From Paecilomyces variotii (lineage: Eukaryota), in assembly GCA_004022145.1 (NCBI GenBank), contig RCNU01000010.1: 64,000 nucleotides of DNA, one strand, 5' to 3'. Below, piece after piece: positions 38,423 through 51,500 of the stretch (positions within the stretch are counted from its first letter, which is position 1; the number at the start of each line of letters is the position of its first letter). The position numbers were made by a program, and so were the translations under genes. The notes beneath the pieces are model-generated. The model was not told the DNA's origin. It did no database searches and worked only from the letters and a program-made list of their open reading frames with translations.

Positions 38423-39491
38423 ATTGCGAAGCTGAAATGATTCCTTTCTCCGGAGACGTTGAAGTTAAGAAGAGATGCAGTTTCCCAGATGCCTATCAAG
38501 AGAAGGTCCCTCGACTTACCCCTCCAGCACTTATATAATGAGTGGGTCTTCGGTACTTGATTCATCTTCTTTGATCCCGGATAATTGACTGCTTGGTCCT
38601 GTATTTGTAATCCGCCAATCAGACGGGTAAAGTGGGCTTCACTCCGAGCCTTAGTTGGAGATATAGTACAGACAAGCTGCAGGAAAGCAACTGTCCTTAT
38701 TTGCTTTTGATAGTCAGAAGATAGTATTAGAGATCATTCCGGAGTGCGATCTGCGGAGGACATCTGACAAACCTGAACGTAGCAGTCTGTCAGAGTCTGC
38801 TGAATAGTCAATAGATCAAAAGAACTGCATGTAGCACTTGCTTTAGATACCGATACAAGATGCCCAATACACGAGTTTGGTTTATACAGCAACCTTTGTT
38901 GCCTCAGCTCACTTGACTTTCCCAGAGTGTATATATATATATATATCAACCTTGGATTATTCTATTTAACGAGTCAGGACTGCGGGCTCCTTTTTTGAAC
39001 GTTTCTAAATTCTGATCTGAGCGCGCATCAAATTATGGTGACTAGGCCGCATCGCGAGTACCCATGATCAAAACCTCAATACATGGCAGTTGTACGAGCT
39101 GGTATATGGCTTCAAAAGCGGTGCATTCTGGAGTATTCGATGTTGTTATTGAAGTCGAGGTCCTTTCCGTTCTGGGCGATACCACCAAGTATTCTGCCGC
39201 AACTTACCGCCTGCAGTTGACTTCGCCATCGCGAACTGGGTCGAAATTCGTTAAGTCAAAGCTCCGTAAATTAAATTGCCAGCCAGATCTATTTATTGTA
39301 TCGCGACGTATCCCGGTCAAGTCGTACCTATCTCAATTGATCTCATCCTTCCAAAGATCCCGGACATCTCACGATCCTCGGAACACTCGCCAACGCGAAT
39401 AACGCCTCGAAAGCAACGCGCTCGTGAGCGCTGAAGAGGTATTGGAGAAGTTCCCTATCCAAACCTCCAAGGGAGAGCAGAGAAAGCCAAA

Positions 39492-40538
39492 ATGCCGAAA
39501 TATAAGTACCCTTTTGATCCTTGGAGTTGCCGTGGACGTTGACTGACCTGCTGTGCACTCTTCTGTAGGTCCTTCCATCATCAAGCCGCAAACGTCAAGC
39601 ATTCAGCAGCGCGAAGTGCCCTGTTAGCAAAGAAGATATCGAGCTGAAATACTGACCGGATTGACTGTCTCAGGCGATTATTGTGATGTCTACTTGACGC
39701 ACGACTCGATGAGCGTGCGCAAGGCGCATAATTCGGGAAGAAACCATCTGAGAAACGTGGTGGAATACTATCAACGTATGGCTTTACTACCCTTTTGGGC
39801 TTGCGTTTTTCGACGACCATATAACTGATTCGTTTCTGTTAGAAATTGGACATGAAAAGGCACAGTCGGTTATTGATTCTATCACAAGCTCATATGCTGC
39901 GGAGGGTCAGGTGAATCCCATGTTGCAACAAGGCGCACCGGGAGCATACCCTCCCCCTCCTCCGTTTGGCTTTCCAGGTAAGTCTGCAATTCAACAAGAC
40001 CTCCAGTGGATGTTTTCTAACTCATCCGTCCCTCAGGTCGACCAGGCCAGCTACCGCCACCACCTTTCGGCATGCCTGGCGGACCTGGTATTCCGCCGCC
40101 CGGCATGGTACCTCGTACGTCTCCCCTTTCCTATAACACCTTTTGTGTCTCTCCATCGCAGTAAAGCCTAACTATTTCCCGAATACAGCTCCTGGAGGTC
40201 GTGGCCTTCCTTTCCCTCCACCGTTCCCTCCTTCAGCAACAGGAACACCACCAACCGGTGGTTTCCCACCCCCATTGCCCAACATGCCAGGTGGTCTTCC
40301 TTTCCCTCCACCACCAGGAGGTCTGCCTCCTAACTTCCAAGTCCCTCCACCCGGTGCCCCTGGCGCCCCAGGCTTTCCACCTGTTCCTTCGATTCCCGGA
40401 CAGGCAGGACCAAGTCCGAGTCCCGGCCCTGGTGCAGCTGGATCGCCTCCCCCAGGCCCGGCAGGCTACGCAGCGCCTCCTGGTGGTGCACCACCGGGCC
40501 TTCCGGGTCCGCCTCCCGGTCTGGGAGATAAGCGATGA
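39492..40538 (+). CDS. U1C: U1 snRNP protein C; exons 39492-39501, 39559-39564, 39674-39775, 39843-39977, 40037-40114, 40189-40538
   Basis: Spliced [51 protein letters not shown] (U1-type zinc finger) with a Pro/Gly-rich tail. Confidence 0.93.
39502..39558 (+). other. Non-canonical AT-AC intron (57 nt) in U1C
   Basis: Begins ATAAGT, has branch GACTGAC at 39541-39547 and ends GCAC. Its removal restores the conserved reading frame. Confidence 0.8.
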
Positions 40539-41790
40539 TAAGTTCTATATGGCATAAAAAACTTTTCTTTTTTCTCTATGTTTGGTCTGGTCTGTCTGAT
40601 ACCGAGTTTCACATTGTGTTTTTTCTTACAATTTTCGGCATGTAATGCCCTATGTCTTCTTTAAATGAGACTCGCGAAATATCGCTTCTAGCAAAAATAA
40701 ACCCTGGCAGCTAAATTAATAGATATGCTAGGATATAAGCCCAAATAAACGGACACTCTTCACAACATCTACCCCTAAGGCATATCACATCTACACTCAC
40801 TCGAGACTAGTGCTACCATTCAATCGCCCCAACAGGCTACAAAATATGGTTACATACTACAGGTGAATATTGAAAAATGATTGTAAGTGAAAAGCGACAT
40901 CTATTCGTCATTCCCAGAATAAGCACTAATAATAACATAAATGTAGTATGGTACAGATCCGGACGAATCAAGGGACACGAGGAAGAAAAGTAGACGGAGC
41001 CCAGTATGGCCAAAAAAGGGAAAAGGGAAAAGAAAAACCGCATAACAATAGGAGAGTAGCAGAGGGAGAGACGCGGAGAGTGGGATCAGAAATAGATAGA
41101 TCTATACGGAACTTTCGGGTACTCTGATGGGTGGAATAACTTTCATGTATGTAACCTGAACGATAGTCGGTAAACTAAGGTAGGGTCAAGGAACTAGAAA
41201 AGATAATAGGTGAGGTATGCTCCGGAGGTTGAAAAAGGACCCTGACTTCTTTTTTCATCCTTTGCTCTCGAGGCGGGGGGGCTGCTCCTCTTTCTTAAGG
41301 GTATATGCTGACAGAAGAAAAATCCGCGAATTACAGCGCCAGAAGAAAAGACCCCACCAGGAAAAGGGAGCTGTCTTCGATGGAGGTGTCAGTTGCGTTT
41401 TTCTTTTAATAAAGACATCTCTCCAATTATGAAAAACCATAACCAGTACTCCTCGAGGTCAGCATGCGCCCCAGGGGAATGTGGAGTTCCCCTCAGAACG
41501 GAACAGGCACACGAAGTCCCACAAATGGCCCCAAGGCCAATTTTAACATGCATGCATCAGAACGCCAGTTGTAACAATACGAAGAAGAGACTCTCCTGAC
41601 AAGGACAGAATGAGAAAGAAAATGCTTAATACATAGGATTCCCACGGATAGAGATTCGACGAAAGTAGAACAGTCCGATCAAGAACCTTGATTAGTCAAT
41701 ACAGGAGAATGCAGCGCATGCAAAGACAACTGAGTATGAATTTGCCGTATCTTCATTTCGAACAAAGTGAAAGGAATGAGAACATTCTTT

Positions 41791-44092
41791 TCAATGTTCG
41801 TAGCCTGCCCCTCTCTGCCAAGGACTTGCATTGTGCTGAGCCCTGAATGCCTGCGGATTTGCCAGCGTTGCACCGCCGCGTGATCCCGGAGCAGGAGAGG
41901 GAGTCCGCCCAACGTACTCCGTTGTTGAGTACCCATTATTGTAACTTGGGGGCGGGCCTCGACTCTGCGACGAAGAGTTGCTGGAGCCGTTGCTCGGGAA
42001 CAGCGGTACCGACGGGTCAACAGGAGAGTGCGGAGATTGTCTAGCCGCATGCTGGGGCACAGCAATGCTATCATCGTTCTGGCGGCCGATACTGGCGCCG
42101 TTTCCACTAGAGAACGAGGTATCATCATCGTCGAACCCGGACTTGTATTGACCAGGTTTCAATTCTCCTCTGGCTGTAGCGCCCAGAGCATCGAGCTCAG
42201 TTGTCAACTGGGTTTGCGACTTGATGAACGATCCACGGTCGTCACGCATGGGCTGGTAGCGAGTGTCCGGATCTTTCGAGACGACAGCGTAGATAGAAGC
42301 GATCAAGACGAGGATCAGAAGAGTCAAGGCGAAGACTGCGTTGTAGATGAAGAAGACGACGCCCATAACACCTGTCACAATACCAGGCTGGTCGAAAACG
42401 TCACTGAAGACAAGGAGGAAGATAACGTTCAAGAAATTGACAGCGGCAATGGAGATGTTGTAAACGTTGGTCTTCTTGTCCATCCAAGGTCGGAGAACAC
42501 AGACTCCAATGAGGACGAGTGCTTCAATGATCACGAGAGCGACAGCTTGCACGGTCGGTGCTGCCTGGCTAAGACCAATAAACATACTCTTCACCAGGAT
42601 GTAGACAAGCACTGGAACGACGAAATAGTATGCAGTGGCTCGATACTGGACGTACAAGAAACCCCACTTGTTGAGACAAGTCGGGTCCGAGTAGAGGATA
42701 TAGGCCGGGTTCTTGTGCATGGAGACGGATCGCTTGGCCAGTCGGATAACCTTCAGTGCAGCCCAGCCCAGGGCGCCAGTCATTGAAACGAACATGATGA
42801 CAGCCAAGAGGACTTCGGCGGCAGAGTCGCGCTTGGTGAACTCCCACAAGCACAGGACGCACATCTGGGGATAACCGATCAGCGTCAATCGGAACAGAAT
42901 ACCTCTCAAGACAATCTTCCAGCCGTTTCTGAAATCCTGGAATTTGTCGCTCTTCATCTTGCCGGACTTCACAAGAAGCTCACAGATTCCCTTGAAGAGC
43001 GCGACGAAGAGCATGACAAACCCAACAAAAACGATGAAGAAGATCAGACCAGTCATGAAGATATTGGTCTCCTCGATATCCGCGCGGAACCCGACTCTAT
43101 TGATACCCCTGACAACGATCGCTTTCGTATTTCCGCTATCGCTGTTCGCCCTTTTCATGATATGGTTACCGGCTCGGACAGCCAGATCCTGGACATATTC
43201 CAGAGATCTCTTCTGTACGGACACGGATGTGGTAGCCAACTTCGTCAAAATCACCGACGGCGTACCACCTGTCGACCGCTGGTACCAAGTGCAAATAGTC
43301 TGCATGAATCCAACGTGAATGATACCCATACTCCACTGGAAGTTCTGCGTCCACGACTGCACGATGGGCGGTAGATGTATAGAGGTCAGGCCGATCATGG
43401 CCTGAGCTTGCATAAAGCTGAAGAGAGATAACGCGTTGGCGGCAACGTGAGCCGCAGTGTTCGAGTGGCCAAGTCCAGAAGTGATTGCAGAAGCAGCCAG
43501 ACCCAACCCAGCAATGACGGCGGTGGCCCAGCCCACACCCTTCTGATATACGGTCTTGCCATTGGACAGATCTGCTTGTACACATGCGATACTTTCCCCT
43601 GTCGTAGTAGAGTTGATGTAGACACGCACTTCGCCGTCCAGATCTGGGACTTGAAATGCGATACCTAGAAGTGGCACCATTAGCAAAGAACCGAGTGCCT
43701 CACCCTGTGTAACAGAACTCACCCGGAATCGCGTCGATCACGCTTTGGGGGATATCGAGAATGTTTGTCTTGATGTTGATTTGACCCGTGTTCATGGGAC
43801 AAAGACCCTCCAGATTCATCTCACAAGGGTTCAGAGTCTTCGTGATGGCTGTATAGCCATAAGCAATAACTTCCAGCTCTGCGACGACATGTCCGGAAAT
43901 GGACGACACTCCCACAATGTCGATGGCTATCGATCTGTTGTCTGGCGTGAATACAACATTGAAAAGACTTGCAGTGAAGCTCGAATTATCCTGGCACGGG
44001 TTCAACGAGTTGGATTCGATTAACCGGATGGCAGATACCAGCGGGGAGGAGCACAGGAAGACGAGGCATGACAGAAACGGGAGCAACCGCAT
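41791..44092 (-). CDS. FLC/Pkd2/Spray-family TRP-like membrane protein, intron 43665-43722
   Basis: Signal peptide, ML-like N-domain (FTASLFNVVFTP, LNPC..LCP), WTQNFQWSMG, WGFLYVQYR, LRPWMDKKTN and multiple TM helices. Confidence 0.92.
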
Positions 44093-45467
44093 GATGGCGG
44101 CTGTCGTAGATTAGCAGTCTCCTAGTAAGACTAATGCAGATGTTATAAGATTTTTTTTCAAGAGTGAACGTGACGACGTTCAACGGTCGATGAACGAGGG
44201 AATACGGCGCTCCAGAGCACCTGTCGAAACGACCGAATGTGGAAGTCCCGTGATGTACTATCCTATCGGGCGGCTGACCCGATAATCCAACTGCAGTGAG
44301 GGCAACACGATGGACGCGCGCGCGATATGGTTCCTTTTGCGCTGGTCGAAAGGATCTCTATATGTTCGTATCGTCGACTCAGGGCGTCATTGAATAGGTC
44401 GGATGTAGCGGTCGCTGGGATGATGGATAGGAGCGTATTCCCGGAAGATGCGGTAACGACGTAAGGATTGCAAGGTGATTGACCAGAGACTCAACCAGCG
44501 AAGAAACTTAGTGAAAGACCGTGGATCTGCGAAAGATCAAAAGAGACGATGAAACTGTAAACAGCGAAGTGGTTGAATCAGAGTAGTTTTGAGCGAGTGA
44601 GGGCGGCGACACACAGTATAGCCTGGCGGACAAGGGGTGGTTCGTTCGTTCGTGACGGAACGGACACGATCTCGATTTCGAGGTCGACGAGAGAACGACA
44701 GACCGGCGTGCAAGTCTGTCCGTTCTGGCTGACTCTCTCTCTCTTGGCCGTTGTCGAACTGCGAAAGGAGGAGAGTGACAAGGAGACACAAGCGTCCAGC
44801 CCAGGAAGCCGGGAGGGTTAGTGAGCCACAGCGTTAACTAGTAGTTAGCCTGAGGCCAGCAGGGTGAGACGGGGCGAAGAATGGACGGATGGCGAGGAAT
44901 GAATGGGCGCGGCGAAGGGGGCACACTGGAAAAAGGGCGCCAAGCAGCCAGCCAGCGGTCGTTCTCGGTCGTGCTCGAGGCCGGCGTCACCAGGAAACCG
45001 ACACCTCTGCTTCTTTGTTGCTTGTTCTGGGCTTGTTGGAGCGAATGCGATAGCCTCGAGGGTGCAGTTACGGGGAGACAAAGGTGACTTTACTCTTGAG
45101 GGAGCGTCGATAGAAAAGGGTCGTTTCGCATCTCGACGTCGTGTGGCCTATTCTCGAGCCAAGTGATCTCCCCCACGGCAGACGCAACCAGTATACGCGC
45201 GTCCCAGGATGAGGAGCCGCCCGGAAGCGAACAATGTCAGAGGCTGACCGTGGGCAAACCTTGAGAGGCGGGAGAGCCAAGATGAGGATGTACTGTGGGG
45301 TGTGGGCGCTGCAGATGTCGTGATGGATGATCGATCGAGGATGACGGCGGCCAGTCATCGGTGCTCTATCTCATTCTGCGAATCTGCGTCTTATTAGGTC
45401 GCCGCGTTGCCAGTCTACTACTCCGTAGTAGTCGCTCGACTCTGCCATTATTATCGACAGCAATTTT

Positions 45468-45502
45468 CTCTCTACAGCCAAGAACTCTCTACAGCCAAGA
45501 AC
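45468..45502. repeat. Tandem duplication of the 17-mer CTCTCTACAGCCAAGAA
   Basis: Two adjacent exact copies. Confidence 0.85.
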
Positions 45503-48500
45503 CAAGAGAAACGCCACGGTCGCTGAGTTTCTCTCAGGCCAGGCCACCAAGCCGTGACATTTCTTGGGTTATTACACCTGGAAGCATCGGAGGTCTCTCA
45601 TTATTCATATAATGAGGTCCCTCAACTGATGGTAACCCGCAAGCTGACACCAGCCTCATATGTTCATTATGTTTCCAATGGAATCAGACGAGTAATGTAC
45701 TGATGGCTGCTGCTTCTATCTAGAGAGAACTAATAACAAGTCACTTGTGTACTGTATAAAGTGAGTGCTATACAGGCTACTCGGCTTCTACATCGTCGCG
45801 TCTAGATTCTACCACCGCTTCTGGAAGACAACTTATTGCTTTCAAGTCAATGCTTTGACCATGATTGGAAGAAGTTACACTCCTAACACTGGAGACAGAC
45901 GGCATCTAGCACCTTTCTGGGTTAACGAACAGCTCTTTAATGGCGTCCGGCAGTTAGATAGTTCGCCGTACCAGTACCCTAAACCCCCTAGCATGTCTCA
46001 AAGCGTAAAACGCCTGGGTCGGTGCACTGCCTCGCTCAGGAGAACACGGGTCCCTTGGCCATTCAGGTCGCCCAGTTGCTGCACAATGGGCCTCTTTCGA
46101 ATCGATTGCTGCGTCATCTTGGTCTCCTGGCTTCCCCCGGATGTCTCCTCGATCCATGTATGCTTCTGGAGCCTTGACCTTCTATTCTTGGTTTGGTCTC
46201 TGGTAACGGTTTCTGATCGGGTTGACGGTCGCAATTATTATTATTTTATCTACCTGGCACTGTGCCCCAGGAGAGCGCGAAACTCTTGCTGATTCAGTCC
46301 TACTTGGAACAGCAGAAGCTGGCGTGTACATCCTTTGATCATGTTCACATTTTGATCTGCATTTAAGTCGCATTACGGGCGAGCAGATCGTTCCTCACCG
46401 TGCCGCTTGCGCAGTAAATCCGTACATTCATGACGTCTTTTAACTGAGGTTTCTTCCTCACTGCCCCACTGAGCTCTCAAATTCTTTGCGCGGCAGGTCT
46501 GATAGTGCTATTTTGAGTAGGACTCCTGTTCAGAACGATTTTGTACAGTTCTAGCTCGGCCATAGCCGTAGAGTATATAGGCGGAGTGCGGATACTCCAC
46601 GACAGGAGATCTACTATACTCCATATGCGTGGCTGTTATCATCATAGAATTAATAATAGCCTATGGAGTAGTTAGACCGCGAAGTATGTAAACCCCATTT
46701 TCATCTCTTACGGAGAGTCCCTGTCGTATCCGTATAACCGCCTCGGGACTCCGTCAAACTCTTTCATTATTGAAAGCGATCAAGTTCCACGGTTCGCCCA
46801 CGGCTTAAAATAGAACATCTATGAATAACAAACTTCAACACTGGCAAAATTAAAAAAACCAAATGTGCGTTTCCAAGGATCTGTACCATATAATTTCCAG
46901 CGTCGTTAACTCGTCTGCCTTATGGATCCTTTTTTCTCTTTTTTGCCTCCGGGGAACCATTCCCGTACAGAATTCGGATAGCCATTCAAGACCATTATGT
47001 ATTCCTCTTCAGTAATCCACATTCCAGAAGGCGGGAAATTATTATTGGAACTCTTCCCTTTTTAATTATTATTATCCACTTTCTCCGTGGTTCACTGTAA
47101 GATTTACTCGGGTCGGGAAAGGCAGACCGCTTTCTCTGGAGTTAGTTAGTACGGAGTAGTTTGTCTAATATCCAGGGTCCTGGTCCGTCCAGAGTCCGTT
47201 TGCAACATGAGTGTCTCGGATCTTAGGAAATGAAACAGTTCGACGCTTTGATTTGAGATGTTTGCTTTCTGAGGCAGACGGAAGAGTCTGGATCTGAGGT
47301 CTAGATGCAGAAGAGCGACTATTTGAAGCAGGACTCCTTGGCCTTCATCGCTGCCGCATGGTGACCTTTCTCAGTCGTCTGACCATGAGGGCAGTTGATT
47401 CCGAGACATGGTTGCAATCTTGCTCCAATCGCGTTTTTCTCTGGACTTGGCGCTGTTGGTTGAGATGAAAGCCCAGTCATAAGACAGGCTCATGAGAAGA
47501 GCAGTAAAAGTGACTACACAGTTCTTTGCCAAACCGGTGCAAACGTCTACATTCGTAAAGATAAGCTAATCTTCAATAGGAAATTTAACTGAATATGGAT
47601 ATTCCCTCGTTTCAGAGTTGGTAGACTAACAGTGAAACCGTAAAATATCCTTATGCCGTATGGAACCTACGTATCTACCGAACATCACGCAGAAGTGGAT
47701 CTACAGATAGATACCTAAATGAGCATAAAAAAAACAAACAAAAATGGCAAATCCAGACCTGTTGACTAGGTATCTCATGTAGCCGAAAGGAATGAATACA
47801 CTAAAACTAAGTATCCATCTCCATCGCCAAGCTGAGATATTTCAGCGGCTGTTCCCTGTCCTAACATCCTCATACGCCCTATTTATAGGAGGAGGGACTG
47901 CTATTAGAACCTGCCCTCAGATTTCTAGATGTCATCAAATCGCGTTGCGGGCTTTGGAATGAGAGAGATCATGTCCTCTCAGAAAGAGAACCGAATCCAC
48001 TTTCGCAATTCTTGATCTATATCCTCGAGTTACATATATGTCCATTGAGCGATCCCTTCATATTACGCCCCTAGCTTCATGCGGGTATTTACACTGCAGA
48101 TTCATTCGCAACATCTACATGTGTCTTCTGGATGACTCGTCTCGCGTGAGAATTTATAATTACCGAAAAGATGACTTCGGAGCAACAAATCTAGTCATGT
48201 TCAAGATTGGGCTAGATCAAGCGAAAAGATCATTCAGGCCTCTATTTCCGGATTTAGAGATAAATGGTCGTTCATCAGAGCTTCTCGGAATGCTGGCGCA
48301 GATTGTATCCTCGAGAGAAGATGGATGTCTTTTATTTTGTGATGATCGGGGATCGCTGCAGTCGCTAGAATAAATAGGCCGCATGGAGAAGTAGTCCATC
48401 TGTATCTGGATAATACAGCAATCGAGTATCGTGGCAAAGGAGTCCATAAGCCTCTAATCAAGGCACGATTGGTTGATGCAAACAACAACTTGGCGTCAAT

Positions 48501-51500
48501 TTTGCCAATCTAGTCACTGCTCCAGGGAGCGGTAGTAGTCGTAATGCTGAAAAGGCGGGATTATGACTTGCTTATACAAAAATTAGTTTTTACGTAGCGA
48601 TTTAGTTCATGGTCAAGGCCGGTATTGGCTAGACTCTAGATTGAAAAAAAGTGACCGGCTATTCGCGAGATGGATCGTTTGCTTCTGTGCCATATAGGCT
48701 TCGACAATTATGCTATATGACGATAAACTAGTCAGTTGCCTCGTCGACTTTTTAAAGTAACAGATACAAACGTGGACGATATTTATAGCTTCCTCCACAA
48801 GTCACATATCCATAGCTGCTCATCAACGCTGCCGAAGTTTATAGTGCTACAGTCACTGACTAGTTCCTGCTGGATATATAAGTAGGTACTCGAGACGTCT
48901 CTGTAAATACGCATCTTGCCTGCCGTTGAGTGATCTAGATGGGCGAAATGATGCTGAGTATTGATGAATCCAGCTTGATCGATTTTGCGTTGCCCATCAC
49001 ATGTATGCAACCTCTTTCAGAGAGTCGGACGATGCTCAATTTGGGCCAATCGATTGGTGCTTCTAATTCTCGTCACGTATTTGACTGCGTCTTTAGTTGA
49101 TTGGACCCTATCAATATTACGTCTTAAAATAGTCATAAATTACCTAGACTAAAAGTGGCTTCCTTTGCAATGATCCTGGTATTGATGGGCAAGGCTCTTT
49201 ATATATTGGTGCTCAAGTTTGGCCAGCTGACCTTCTTCGCTGAATCCAATTCCCAGCTGATATACTACCTGTGGTCTGATACTTGTCTAGGGATGACGCA
49301 CCGTGAGATTGTTCGGTTCGTAGTCTTGCTTTCGTAACTCTACTTATATGCCGTCGTACTTGTGACTTTTCCTTATGATGGATGATTATCTCAGGAAAAT
49401 AAGAATGTCTTCGGCGGAGCAAAATTCCTGTTTCCAGCAGCCTGCAATAGTATCTCCAGATAGAACTGTCTCGGTATTCGGGAACCCATCTTTCTGAAAT
49501 AACAACCAGATAGCTTCATCACTTAGTCCTTCGTAAGGACACTGACCAGTCACGGTTCATGGTGTGAAGAACCGAGAGAGAATAAATCTGATTATATGTC
49601 TCGGTATTCCGGGGCATAAACTAGCTGAGCTTCTCAAGTCCATGAGTCTGTCTCGCTTCTAATCCAAGGTGAGGCTGGGCATCGAGTCCCAATGCGCTGA
49701 AGTCGCAGATCCGGGAATTGAAGTCCTCATCCGCGAGCCACTGGTCAAGTCTGAGGTCGGAATGTCTCATTCACTTTGAACAAACATATGCGACACTGGG
49801 TCGTTTGACGGGCTCAACACTTCAAATCTGTCTCTGTCTCTGTCTCTGCGATATGCACGCGAGTTCTGTTGATGTATTACTTCAGATTACCCTTTGGATA
49901 GTATTCGAGTTCGACTAGTCCTTACCAGGATCGATAGACAGACACTTGGCGACACGCGGGTGCATTCCCGAAATCAAGTACATATCAGCTTCGTAATCCC
50001 ATCGTCATCAACAATCAACAAAATACATGACACTCCTTTCTAACGATGTTCTGGATACGATAGGTTTTGGCGCTCATGACCTGCAGAAGCAGTCCGCGTT
50101 GCGACATGGTATCTTGCGAATACACTCATCAGCGTGCATCTGAGAAAAGAAGAAGGAAAGTCGGTTTGAAAAATAGATAGAGTGCCGGTGCACTAGCATC
50201 CATTGATCATGTCGGATCTCCATAGAGCCAGCTAGACTTATGGGGCTGTTCCATGATAAACAAGTTCTCGCGACTGCTTTCTTGCGTGCAGTTCCTATAA
50301 TTATTCTCTTCAGGTCCGACTGCCTTATCAGATCGCAGAAGAGATGACGTCCTAGAACCGGCGCGAAGATATTCAATTGAGTTTACGGACGGAGAACCGA
50401 ACCATAGAAGTGAAGATCCGCGACTGCATGATTTTACCAGGTTTATCCCGCTTCGCCCAGAGAACCTGTAAAGTCGAGGCCATCGACCTTGTGTGGCTGG
50501 ACGGCGGACAGAAAGTGGGTGGTTGGACCATTGATGGTCCACTGCCGGCCGAACCGAACCTTGTCGCATGGTCCCGAGGAAAGAAAAAACATTGTTATAG
50601 TCTACGCCGACCTCGCAGTTGTAGGCAGGACGACGGCATAGAAACATGTGCGTATCCTACAGGCCCTGGAAGGCAGCGAATGTTCCGACATGCTCATATT
50701 CCGGTCTGTACGCCGTAAAGACTCGCCCGCAATAACGATGCCGTGGACTGATTCGATTGCTGCGCGATGGTGTGCAGCGATGAGTTGGCAAGTGTGAGAT
50801 GGAAGTTGCCGACCAATCGTGAGTCTGTGAAGCTCCCTGTCGTCTGGGTGACACCGGGACAGCCAAGCTGTGTGCTAGACTGCGAGTGGAGGTTGGCCTG
50901 GGGTTTGGTGGCTCTAGCTTGCGAGGAGTGGATTTTGGTCAGCAGCGGAACCGCGGATGCAACATCGAAAATCAGACTCGACGAGGTTTAACCAGCCTCT
51001 CGAGGGCGTTGTAGAAGGTACCGAGTAACAGTATCATTATTTGTGCCGGTCGCTCAAGTCTCAACTGCGCAGGGATAGCGATGATCTCTTTCACAATTAT
51101 CCCAGAATGTGCAACATCACACTTTAGAGGGCGCAAGCACGAGCGGAGAACAGGGCCATGTGTCCATCGGGCATTATTGACACCTTTCTTGCGACTGCCA
51201 TGATAATTGCGCGTCTCAGAGCGGTGAGACCGTAGGAGAAACAGTATGGTATACGGAGTCTAGGACGAATTGACCCGGCCACGTTGACTCTTGCCGGTGC
51301 TTCGGTTACCAGACTGAGCTGTGAATAGCGGAGGTAATCACAGTGATATAAGTATAGGTACATACCATTGACACGGATGTGCCAGCAAGGAAGCATGACG
51401 CTTGTCGAGTCTCAGGTCTTTATGTGATGGGCAGCTTTCCAACCCAATGTGGTTGTACTCCGTACCTGAGCAGCACAGTTCATCGAATGTGACTTGTGAG

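Noticed and set aside
39502-39558. U12 (minor spliceosome) interpretation of the AT-AC intron
   Set aside because: Lacks the ATATCCT donor and TCCTTAAC branch; the signals are U2-like.
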